From contig MFYT01000006.1 of NCBI GenBank assembly GCA_001789205.1, positions 10,770-74,769 of the forward strand: a stretch of 64,000 nucleotides of DNA, in the 5' to 3' direction. The notes under the pieces were generated by a model that was not told the DNA's origin, did not search any database, and saw nothing but the letters and a program-made list of their open reading frames with translations. Position numbers and translations under genes: made by a program. Below, in pieces: positions 55,978 to 64,000 of the stretch. The stretch is from Candidatus Raymondbacteria bacterium RIFOXYA2_FULL_49_16 (GTDB lineage: Bacteria > Fibrobacterota > OXYB2-FULL-49-7 > XYB2-FULL-49-35). Position 1 is the first letter of the stretch; every line of letters begins with the position of its first letter.

Positions 55978-56148
55978 TTATTTCTGCTTTATTGATTCAG
56001 AAGGGCAGACATCCACGCAATTGCCGCAGTCCGTGCATTTTGCCGCGCTAATTTTGTAGATGGGGTCACCTTCGGAAATGGCTTCTTCCGGGCATTCGGG
56101 CAGGCATGCCCCGCATGCTGCGCAGTCGTCGGTGATATAGTGTGCCAT
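55978..56148 (-). CDS. 2x[4Fe-4S] ferredoxin (56 aa), below the ORF-track cutoff
   Basis: AAGGAG 8 nt upstream. MAHYITDDCAACGACLPECP...AAKCTDCGNCVDVCP is a classical dicluster ferredoxin. It ends 7 nt before the CDF start. Confidence 0.7.
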   Translation of the reverse strand: MAHYITDDCAACGACLPECPEEAISEGDPIYKISAAKCTDCGNCVDVCPSESIKQK

Positions 56149-56282
56149 GTGTCTAAACTCCTTTCTTTGGGTTATGTTTCACCTGAAAAGGCAGGTAAAA
56201 GTATAGTCTTTTTTTGTTTCGGAAAACAACCAAAACAGCGCGGTTTCTGGATTCCCCAAAGCCAAGAGGTTATATTTCCTGC

Positions 56283-56993
56283 ATGAAAATTCTGGTGATT
56301 ATTATCCGCATCATGCTAGCGCTGCCCCTGTATGCCCAGGACCTGGAAGATTCAACCGTGGCAACGCTCAGAAAGACCGGCGTGCGCGTCCAAAGTGTCA
56401 CGCTGCTTTCCCCGGGCGTGCTTAAAGTGGCACCGGCCTTTTTCCAGGCCGACAGGTTTGAACTTCTGGGAAAGCTCATGACCGTTTTTCAGGAAGGGGA
56501 CGATAAGGCCTATGCAATCAAGAGGCTTGGTCCAGGCTTGTTTTCCATCAGGAGCAGACGGACCATCCGCCAGGGCAGTACCCTTAGCATAGCGGCCATG
56601 GATAAAGACCATTTCATTGCATATGCCAATCTGAACCTTAAAAAAGGGGTCTCTTTTTCGTGCATAGCGGTCCTCGAGGCATGGTACACCGCGACCCCGT
56701 CAGGCGTGCGCTGTTCAACCGTGGTGGCCTATGAGGCGCCTCTCGCTGTCAAAGGCATAGACAGAGGCATGGCCTTTTTTACGGGAATGGGCTTTGTGGG
56801 AAGAAAGACAGCGGGATTTATCGAGAGAATGAATGTAACCATGGAGCGTGCGGCCGCGCTTTCGACCGTGGAATGGCGGCGAATGAGCGGCGACAGCAGT
56901 GCGCTTGCGTCCCTGTTTTTTCCGGTTGTATTTACCGGTGAAGAAAAGCATTTTATTACCAAGATGCTTGAAACCCCCAAGAGTCAAAAGTGA
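56283..56993 (+). CDS. hypothetical secreted protein
   Basis: Start MKILVIIIRIMLALPLYAQ (signal peptide). No recognisable domain. Confidence 0.4.
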   Translation: MKILVIIIRIMLALPLYAQDLEDSTVATLRKTGVRVQSVTLLSPGVLKVAPAFFQADRFELLGKLMTVFQEGDDKAYAIKRLGPGLFSIRSRRTIRQGSTLSIAAMDKDHFIAYANLNLKKGVSFSCIAVLEAWYTATPSGVRCSTVVAYEAPLAVKGIDRGMAFFTGMGFVGRKTAGFIERMNVTMERAAALSTVEWRRMSGDSSALASLFFPVVFTGEEKHFITKMLETPKSQK

Positions 56994-58174
56994 ACAGGTC
57001 CTTTTCTAAGACCGATGGTCTGCTCTGGGCTGTCATTCTTGCCTATACGGCCGTTATCTATGCCACGCTTTCATGCGTAGGCGCCATCAGGAAAGAGCTG
57101 GTCGAACGGTTTGGTCCCCAGTCTCTTGATATTCTGTACGTGGTATTTATTGCCGCTGGCGTTATATTTCTTTGCGTGTGCCTCAGGCGTTTCCGGGGAG
57201 CGCGGCTGGTCAAAAGCCTGATCGCCCTGTGCGTTGCGGGCTGCATGTACGCCTATTATCTGACATCAATCAAGTACGCAATTGAACGCATCCATTTCCT
57301 TGAATACGGGGTGCTTGGCGCCCTGGTCTGCGCGACCCTGGGCCGGCGCATGGCCAGACTGGGCGCGGCAATCAGCGCTGTGAATATTGTGTATTGGATC
57401 GGGCTTGGCGATGAAACCATCCAGCATTTGCTGCCCGACCGGGTGGGTGAGATCCGTGACTGCATCACCAATCTGGTCTCCGGCGCCCTGGGCGCGGCCC
57501 TGGTCTTTATTCCCGCGGACATGGCCCGCGATCCAGATGCCCAGGCGGTGGTGCAACGTCCCCGTCTTATTATTGTTTTTCTCATGGTTTCGACCTTGAT
57601 AACGGCATTATTCCTCGCGCGGGTCCATGGGTTTGGGTATGTGTACGAACGTAAGGAGACGGGGACCTTTTTCTCATCGCTGCCGCCCTCGGCCTTCAAG
57701 GCCATGGAGACCGATCCCGTGGGTGTTTCAGACCGGGTGCGAGCGGTCTACGAAGACGAGGCGGCCCGCCACCTGTTTCAGCGGGAGTTTTATTTTATCA
57801 ACGATTACCAGATTACTGGCGGCGGTTTTTACCGGAAATACGACCACGCGTATTACGAAAACCAGATTCTTGAAAAGTATTTTCCCCGCTTCCTGAAATA
57901 CCATGCCCTTGAGTCAGCGCGGTTTCACATGGCCCGGTACGACGCATCTACCGCGCAAAAGGCCCTTTTACACACAGTAAAGCTGCCCGATAGTACTGTT
58001 GCCTGGCTCTCCAGCCAGCTGCCGCGCTACAACAATCTCTTCACCAGCAGGGTGAAAGGGACCATTATTACCTCATTTGGCCCCGGTGACCTGTTCTTCT
58101 ATATAATATTACTATTAAGTCTTCTGACTTACGCCTTGTTCAGGTGCCAGGGAAGGCTAAAACACCACCTGTAG
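56990..58174 (+). CDS. VanZ-like family membrane protein with extra C-terminal domain
   Basis: GTG start overlaps the upstream stop (GTGA). Four TM segments with VanZ-like arrangement. Confidence 0.5.
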   Translation: MNRSFSKTDGLLWAVILAYTAVIYATLSCVGAIRKELVERFGPQSLDILYVVFIAAGVIFLCVCLRRFRGARLVKSLIALCVAGCMYAYYLTSIKYAIERIHFLEYGVLGALVCATLGRRMARLGAAISAVNIVYWIGLGDETIQHLLPDRVGEIRDCITNLVSGALGAALVFIPADMARDPDAQAVVQRPRLIIVFLMVSTLITALFLARVHGFGYVYERKETGTFFSSLPPSAFKAMETDPVGVSDRVRAVYEDEAARHLFQREFYFINDYQITGGGFYRKYDHAYYENQILEKYFPRFLKYHALESARFHMARYDASTAQKALLHTVKLPDSTVAWLSSQLPRYNNLFTSRVKGTIITSFGPGDLFFYIILLLSLLTYALFRCQGRLKHHL

Positions 58175-58315
58175 ACATCGTTTATACTTTATTTTGTGTC
58201 GTGCATTATTTCTTGATTTGTTTTTCAAGATATTGTATCTTACTACCCAACAGATTGTGGTACAATCGGTTGAATAGTCATCAGTAAAGAACACAACATA
58301 TACGCTGCGAGGGTT

Positions 58316-61300
58316 TTGCACATGCACTTAAAACAGTTGCGGGTTTCAGGGTTCAAGTCTTTTGCCGACGACCAGGTAATCAATTTCAATTCAGGCCTTA
58401 CCGCCATCGTGGGGCCCAATGGGTGCGGTAAGACCAACATCATCGATACCATCCGTTGGGTTTTGGGCGAGCAGCGCGTGCGTATACTCCGCGCTGAAAA
58501 GATGGAAGATGTCATCTTCAGCGGAACCATCAGAAGAAAGCCGCTTAATTTCGCTGAAGCGACCCTTACCATCGACAACCGGGACCGTTCGCTCCAGTCT
58601 GACGCTGATACTGTGCAGATTACGCGCCGTATTTTCCGGACCGGCGAGTCCGAATACCTGGTCAACAAAAAACTCTGCAGGCTCAAGGACCTCCACACGC
58701 TCTTTTTTGACACTGGCATGGGCCTGGGATCCTATTCGCTCATCGAACAGAAAATGATCGACCTCATCCTTTCCGACAAGGACGAGGAGCGGCGTATCAT
58801 GTTCGAGGAGGCTGCGGGCATCCACAAATACCGCAGCCAGCGCAAGGAGGCCCTGAGGAACCTGCTGAAAACCTCGGACGATCTCAAACGGATTTCAGAC
58901 ATTGTGGGCGAAAAGGACCGGTATGTGAAGAGTCTTGCGCGCCATGTTACCAAGGCGCAGAAATACCGCGAATACCGCGATGAACTCAAGAAAATAGAAG
59001 TGGCCTATACGGGCGCCATGTTCCGCGGCGTGTGCGAGAAGATGAAGGAGGCTGGCCGCAGCCATGCTGAACTCAAGTCCGGCAAGGAAAGCATGGCCGC
59101 CGAGATAGCGACCATTGAGACCCATGTAGAGGAGAAACGGCTCGAATCGCACGCACGCGAGGAAAAGGTCATGCACGCCTCGCAGGAGACGGCCGCCATT
59201 GCCGAGCGCATTCATACCCTGGAAAAAGAGATGGCCCTGGTCAGCGCCAAGACAGAGGCCGCTCACCGGGCTGTTGCAGAATTGGGAACGCGGCATACGG
59301 AGCTCGAATCAAAGGCCGCGATCCTTGCCGAAAACCACAAGGGGCACGAGGGCCGTCTCATTGAACAGGAGGCGGGGCTCAAATCGGCCGAAGAGGCCTA
59401 TGCGATGGCCAAGCAGGAGCTCGACGCGGTCGAGGCCGACTATCAGGAAAAGAAGCAGCATCTGGCAGGCATAAACACCGAACGGCTGCGCGTGCTCGAG
59501 GAACGGACCGAATTGTTATCACGTATGGAGAAGATCCGTTCCGACCTGGACAACCTTCTCGAAAACAAGGCCGCCATTGAACGTACCATTGAGAGCGAGG
59601 AACGCCGCATCGAGGAATGCGGACAGCGCATTAGCGAAAGTAAGGCCGTGCTCAACCGGGCCACCACCGAATACGAGGCCTTTGCCGCCACGCGCGACCG
59701 CCTGCATGCCAAGATACAGGAGGAAGAACAGCGGTATCGTCAGATCCTTGAGGAAGAGAAGAATCTTTCCGCGCACCTCATCTCGGACCGCAAAAGTCTC
59801 ACCTTCATCGAAGAGATGCAGAAGAACCACGAGGGATACAAAGACGCGGTCAGGTCAATTGTCGAACGGTCCCTCGACGGCATCGCGGGCATTGTCGCCG
59901 ATGTCATCAATGTAAACCCCGAATACCTGGCGCCGGTCGAAGCCGCGTTGGGATCGCGGGTGCAGTTTATCCTCGCGGATACGCGTGAAATCGCGGACCA
60001 GGCCATCGCCTACCTGCAGGAAGGAAAGATGGGCAAGGCGAGCTTCATTATCCACAACCAGATAAACACGGGCGAACGCGCCCAACACCTTGCCGCGCTT
60101 GAATCCATTGAAGGCGTTTTGGGGTGGATGGAAAAATTCGTCTCGTTCCAAGAAAAATACGTCGCGCTCTCGGGCCTCCTTTTCGGCGATGTGCTTCTAG
60201 TGAAGGACGCGGCAGCAGCGGACCGGGTGCGGGCCGCTGCCGGTACAACGGCCCTCTACTGCGTCACACCCGATGGTACTATCTATAATACCAGCGGTAT
60301 TGTCCGCGGCGGCGAATTTACCAGCGAGGAATTGGGCCTCCTGAGCCGCGCCAAGGTCATTGAGACGCTTAAAGAGAGCATTCGTAAGCTCGAAACGCAG
60401 ATCCAATTTAAAGAAGGGGAGAAGGCGGCCTCGCTCCAGACCATCAAAGAGGCGCAAATGGCCATGCTCGAGATCGATGAGAAGCTCTCCTCCGGACAGC
60501 GGGTGCGCCAGGAGCAGGAAGGAAGCATCCGGTATCTCGACGAAGAGATCATGCGCATACAGGCGCGCAAAAACGAGTCGCTCGAAAAAATTCGGATCAT
60601 CGACGCGCGCTGCGAGGAGACCCGCGAGGACGAACAAAACACCGAGCGAAGCCTGGGCGCCATTGAGGACAAAAAGACCGAACTCGAAGGATCGCTCATT
60701 ATTTGTGAAGAAGAGGCTGGCGCGCTCGAAAGACGGCGCTTCGAGGTCACGGAAAAGGCCAAGAACACTGAAGTGGCGCTGCAATCGGTCATCCACCAAC
60801 TCGACAGTACGCGCCGTGAAATCGGCCGCATGACCGGCGAACTGGAGGACACCTATGCGGCGCTCGCCGATTGCCGGCGCCAGCAGCAGGCCTACGAGGG
60901 TGAAATCGCCGCTCATGTTGATGCGGGCCGCGAACTCGCCTCTTTACGCGAGACTGCCTCGCATGACAAAGACGAGCGTGAGCAGCACGTGCAGCGCTGC
61001 AAAGAGGAATACCACGTTTTCCTCAACGAGATCGATGAACAGCGGGCCATTGCGCATGAAAAGGAAAAACAACTCACCCTGCTTGCCGATAAGGTGCACG
61101 AATGCGAGATGGAGCTCGAGAAACTCTCTTCCCAGCGCCGCCACCTTGTCGAACGGATTTTTGAGGAATACGAGGTTGACCTCAACACTATACAGGACGC
61201 GGACCTAGTCCTCGATATGAACGAGGAGAGCGTGCGTGAGCGCATCGAGGTACTGCGCAAACGGCTCAAACTCATCGGCGCTAATGTCAATTTGAGCGTG

Positions 61301-61924
61301 CTCGAGGACTACGAGGAGGAGAAGAAGTCGTTCGAGGCGCTGGCCCGACAAAAGGACGACCTCGAGAACGCGACGAGCCAGCTCGAGAAACTGATCCGAA
61401 AACTCGACAAGGAAGCGAACGAGAAATTCATCGAGACCTTCGAAATTGTGCGGCAGAACTTCAAGAAAATCTTCATCGGCCTTTTCGAGGGCGGCGAGGC
61501 TGACGTGCGGCTTGAGGAGAGCGAGGATTCGCTCGAGGCCAAGATTATCATCTACGCCCGTCCCAGCGGCAAAAGCATGAAGAACATTTCGCTGCTCTCG
61601 GGCGGCGAACGCGCGCTCACCGCCACAGCGCTCCTCTTTGCGCTCTATCTGGTTAAGAGTTCGCCCTACTGCATCCTCGACGAAGTCGACGGCCCTCTCG
61701 ACGACGCCAACATAGGCAGGTTCATCAAGCTCATACGCCAATTCTCGAAGCAGACGCAGTTCCTTATCATCACGCACAACAAGAAGACCATGGCCGCGTG
61801 CGATGTGCTCTATGGCGTCACGCTTATTGAACCCGGCGTGTCCAAGATGGTGTCGGTCTCGCTTGCCAGCGAGGAAGACGAGAAGAAGATCGACGCGCTC
61901 CTCGAAGCCGGCGTGCCCGCATAA
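58316..61924 (+). CDS. smc: chromosome segregation protein SMC
   Basis: N-terminal GPNGCGKTN Walker A, long coiled coils with a central hinge, and C-terminal LSGGE signature with Walker B DEVD. 1202 aa. Confidence 0.95.
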   Translation: MHMHLKQLRVSGFKSFADDQVINFNSGLTAIVGPNGCGKTNIIDTIRWVLGEQRVRILRAEKMEDVIFSGTIRRKPLNFAEATLTIDNRDRSLQSDADTVQITRRIFRTGESEYLVNKKLCRLKDLHTLFFDTGMGLGSYSLIEQKMIDLILSDKDEERRIMFEEAAGIHKYRSQRKEALRNLLKTSDDLKRISDIVGEKDRYVKSLARHVTKAQKYREYRDELKKIEVAYTGAMFRGVCEKMKEAGRSHAELKSGKESMAAEIATIETHVEEKRLESHAREEKVMHASQETAAIAERIHTLEKEMALVSAKTEAAHRAVAELGTRHTELESKAAILAENHKGHEGRLIEQEAGLKSAEEAYAMAKQELDAVEADYQEKKQHLAGINTERLRVLEERTELLSRMEKIRSDLDNLLENKAAIERTIESEERRIEECGQRISESKAVLNRATTEYEAFAATRDRLHAKIQEEEQRYRQILEEEKNLSAHLISDRKSLTFIEEMQKNHEGYKDAVRSIVERSLDGIAGIVADVINVNPEYLAPVEAALGSRVQFILADTREIADQAIAYLQEGKMGKASFIIHNQINTGERAQHLAALESIEGVLGWMEKFVSFQEKYVALSGLLFGDVLLVKDAAAADRVRAAAGTTALYCVTPDGTIYNTSGIVRGGEFTSEELGLLSRAKVIETLKESIRKLETQIQFKEGEKAASLQTIKEAQMAMLEIDEKLSSGQRVRQEQEGSIRYLDEEIMRIQARKNESLEKIRIIDARCEETREDEQNTERSLGAIEDKKTELEGSLIICEEEAGALERRRFEVTEKAKNTEVALQSVIHQLDSTRREIGRMTGELEDTYAALADCRRQQQAYEGEIAAHVDAGRELASLRETASHDKDEREQHVQRCKEEYHVFLNEIDEQRAIAHEKEKQLTLLADKVHECEMELEKLSSQRRHLVERIFEEYEVDLNTIQDADLVLDMNEESVRERIEVLRKRLKLIGANVNLSVLEDYEEEKKSFEALARQKDDLENATSQLEKLIRKLDKEANEKFIETFEIVRQNFKKIFIGLFEGGEADVRLEESEDSLEAKIIIYARPSGKSMKNISLLSGGERALTATALLFALYLVKSSPYCILDEVDGPLDDANIGRFIKLIRQFSKQTQFLIITHNKKTMAACDVLYGVTLIEPGVSKMVSVSLASEEDEKKIDALLEAGVPA

Positions 61925-61955
61925 TCCTGTCCGGCGGCGTGCGGATTCTTTTTAT
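61923..61955 (+). terminator. possible weak rho-independent terminator after smc
   Basis: Short GC stem (aatcc...ggatt around ccggcggcgtgcgg) followed by TCTTTTTA. The structure is weak. Confidence 0.3.
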
Positions 61956-62015
61956 TGACAACTCACCTCCACAGACTTTTATCGCAGGTGCTGTGAAACA
62001 CGAGGAGAGCCCCCT

Positions 62016-63584
62016 ATGAAACTTGATACCAAACAGCACAACCTTTCTTTACCCCAATTACTCGATACTGTGGCGCGCGAACACCCATCCGCAACCGCGG
62101 TTTTTTTCAAGGGAAAAGTGACAGACTACGACACGCTCAGCAGGCAAAGCGGCAGGACGGCCGCTGCTCTGTGCGACAGGGGAATCCGCCCAGGCGACCG
62201 CGTTGCCCTTTATTGCGTCAATTCCGATATATTTGTGATCGCCTATTTCGCGATATTGAAGGCAGGCGCGACAGTGGTCACGGTCAACCTTCTGCTAAAC
62301 CCCAAAGAGATCGCGTATATGATCAACGACTCTGGCGCAAAGGCTGTCATATATTCCGATGTATTAAAAGACAAGGTGAGTGCTTTTCGTGAAACCTGTC
62401 CGGATCTCAAATTCCTGGTGAGCATTGGGGAGGAAAAATCACATTCCAGCGATTTGAACTTCTCTGACCTGTTACAATTAGACGCGCCTGTTCCCGCAAT
62501 CGCGTGTGATACACACGAAGATGTCGCGGTTATTATCTATACCTCTGGAACAACTGGCCAGTCAAAAGGCGCCATGCTGACACATTATAATCTTACCTCA
62601 AATGTACAGAGCGTGTCCACGGCCATTAAGACCGAGCCCGGGAAAGACATTTTTCTCGTGGTGCTTCCCATGTTCCATTCATTTGCCGGAACCGTGGGCA
62701 TGCTTACGCCCCTGCTGTCGGGCTGCGCCATTGTGCCGCTAGGCCGTTTTGATCCAAAAGAAGTCGCCGATACCATTGAGTCGGCCAACGCCACTGTGTT
62801 CCTGGGCGTTCCCAGCATGTACAATGCCCTGCTCAAACTACCTGACGACTATGCACACAAACTGGCATCTTTAAGATACGGGCTTTCGGGCGGCGCGGCA
62901 ATGCCCCAGGAGGTCATGAAACGGTTTGAGGAGCGTTTTGGCAAAGTGATTTATGAGGGAGACGGGCCCACGGAATGCTCACCGGTAACATGTCTGAATC
63001 CCATTGATGGCAAACGGAAACCTGCGTCAGTGGGCCTTCCCATTCCAGGTGTGGAGATGAACATCATGGACGAGCAGGGCGCGGAAATGCCGCACAACCA
63101 GATAGGGGAGATTTGTGTTCGCGGGCCCAATATCATGAAGGGCTACTGGAACAAACCCGAAGAAACAAAGGCCTCAATGTTTGGTCAATGGTTTCGGACC
63201 GGCGATTTGGGAACCGAGGACGATGAAGGATATTTTTATATTGTGGACCGCAAAAAAGACATGGTCATTGTCAATGGCATGAACGTCTATCCCCGCATGG
63301 TCGAAGAGGTCTTGTATCAATTCGAACCCATCTACGAGGCAGCAGTGGTTGGCGAGCCGCATGAAAGCCATGGTGAGATACCGGTTGCGTATATCGCGTT
63401 CAAGGAGGGAAAAAGTGCTACACCAAAAGAGATCCGTGCTTTCTGTCAGGCCAGCCTGGGGCAGTTTCAGATCCCAAAGAAGTTTATTGCCATGAAGGAA
63501 CTGCCCAAAAACGCCTCGGGAAAGATATTGAAGCGGGAACTGCGTAAACAGGGAGAACTGGAACGGGGCGTTGACAGCAGGTAA
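62016..63584 (+). CDS. long-chain fatty acid--CoA ligase (AMP-binding enzyme)
   Basis: YTSGTTGQSKG (AMP box), GDLG and KKDMVI motifs. 522 aa. Confidence 0.85.
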   Translation: MKLDTKQHNLSLPQLLDTVAREHPSATAVFFKGKVTDYDTLSRQSGRTAAALCDRGIRPGDRVALYCVNSDIFVIAYFAILKAGATVVTVNLLLNPKEIAYMINDSGAKAVIYSDVLKDKVSAFRETCPDLKFLVSIGEEKSHSSDLNFSDLLQLDAPVPAIACDTHEDVAVIIYTSGTTGQSKGAMLTHYNLTSNVQSVSTAIKTEPGKDIFLVVLPMFHSFAGTVGMLTPLLSGCAIVPLGRFDPKEVADTIESANATVFLGVPSMYNALLKLPDDYAHKLASLRYGLSGGAAMPQEVMKRFEERFGKVIYEGDGPTECSPVTCLNPIDGKRKPASVGLPIPGVEMNIMDEQGAEMPHNQIGEICVRGPNIMKGYWNKPEETKASMFGQWFRTGDLGTEDDEGYFYIVDRKKDMVIVNGMNVYPRMVEEVLYQFEPIYEAAVVGEPHESHGEIPVAYIAFKEGKSATPKEIRAFCQASLGQFQIPKKFIAMKELPKNASGKILKRELRKQGELERGVDSR

Positions 63585-63618
63585 CAACGGCAGAATTTTT
63601 AAAAGAGATAAAAGACAT

Positions 63619-63945
63619 ATGAACAAAACAAATACCACCACTGCTTTTGAAATTCATGGAAAACGCATAAAACAGAATCTGGGGCTTGTTCGCGGGCTCA
63701 CTGTGCGTTCCCGTTCTTTTATTGGGACACTTGGTGGCGCGTTGCAGACAATCGTTGGCGGCAATATAACGCTTTTCACGGAATTGTGTGAAAAAACACG
63801 GCAGGAAGCGTTTGATAACATGGTGAAGCACGCTGAGGAGCTTGGCGCGAACGGTATCATCGGCATACGCTACGATGCCAATGAGGTGATGTCAGGGGTC
63901 ACGGAAGTGCTTTGTTACGGCACCGCGGTTGTTTTGGAAGAATAA
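63619..63945 (+). CDS. YbjQ/UPF0145 family protein
   Basis: Start MNKTNTT. GANGIIGIRYD and a heavy-metal-binding-like fold. 108 aa. Confidence 0.7.
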   Translation: MNKTNTTTAFEIHGKRIKQNLGLVRGLTVRSRSFIGTLGGALQTIVGGNITLFTELCEKTRQEAFDNMVKHAEELGANGIIGIRYDANEVMSGVTEVLCYGTAVVLEE

Positions 63946-64000
63946 TTCACAGAGAATTATATATCCAGGATTTCTAAACCTAAAAAACAAGTTGTAATCT

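Noticed and set aside
60197-61777. Minus-strand ORFs of 190-239 aa inside smc
   Set aside because: They are antisense to an unambiguous full-length SMC gene. The repetitive coiled-coil coding DNA generates open antisense frames.
1-64000. Search for tRNA, rRNA, tmRNA, CRISPR arrays, transposase or integrase genes
   Set aside because: No T-loop GTTCGAATC-type cloverleaf candidates in intergenic DNA. No regularly spaced direct repeats and no transposase- or integrase-like ORFs. The only mobile-element-like signature is the repeat-flanked DUF4143 remnant, reported separately.

Overview
This 64-kb window is a densely packed, moderately GC-rich bacterial chromosomal segment (roughly 55-60% GC by eye) with short AT-rich intergenic islands. 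About 60 protein-coding genes are supported, many joined by ATGA/GTGA start-stop overlaps. I found no tRNA, rRNA or CRISPR array. The primary sigma factor is a short, Bacteroidota/Chlorobiota-type sigma-A lacking region 1.1. Together with a type-2 IleRS, DUF1573, LPP20, BatD-like and Reg_prop fragments, this points to an FCB-superphylum organism that still uses strong Shine-Dalgarno sites. That placement is inference from the sequence only.

Recognisable genes:
- GH2 beta-glucuronidase.
- An LPS pair (lpxL-like acyltransferase with an LptC-like gene) and an LptE-like lipoprotein.
- An M28 peptidase, a DksA-family zinc-finger protein and ileS.
- A conserved purine nucleoside phosphorylase/YggU/DivIVA/YggT/YggS division cluster.
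- rlmH, a hybrid sensor kinase, a FIST protein, dapF, a macro-domain protein, a lipid kinase and an MgtC/DUF4010 protein.
- hrpB, an RlmI-like methyltransferase, serA, a GT2 synthase, a CDF transporter with a small ferredoxin, smc and a fadD-like ligase.

Most interesting observations, in order:
1. An intact 84-aa region-4-only 'mini-sigma' paralog of the housekeeping sigma factor. It has kept the parental promoter block, RBS/start context, a 28-nt 3'UTR block and the terminator.
2. A five-gene operon of signal-peptide proteins behind the most AT-rich island in the window. It combines LPP20, CsgG/TolB-N-like and FecR domains and may be an undescribed envelope assembly.
3. A 4.3-kb gene for a fused double activase/dehydratase-like protein, co-oriented with a DUF1573-rhodanese-MauE/DoxX triad.
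4. A decayed DUF4143 ATPase gene flanked by 31-bp direct repeats and a nested palindrome.
5. A frameshifted orphan cheD beside the hybrid kinase, with a palindromic operator-like site in front of the small-ORF/FIST pair.
6. A c-di-GMP-style module (PilZ divergent from a standalone DUF3391-like gene plus HDOD) with an (AT)7 repeat in the shared promoter region.
7. A 7 x 21-nt heptad tandem repeat inside the sensor kinase.
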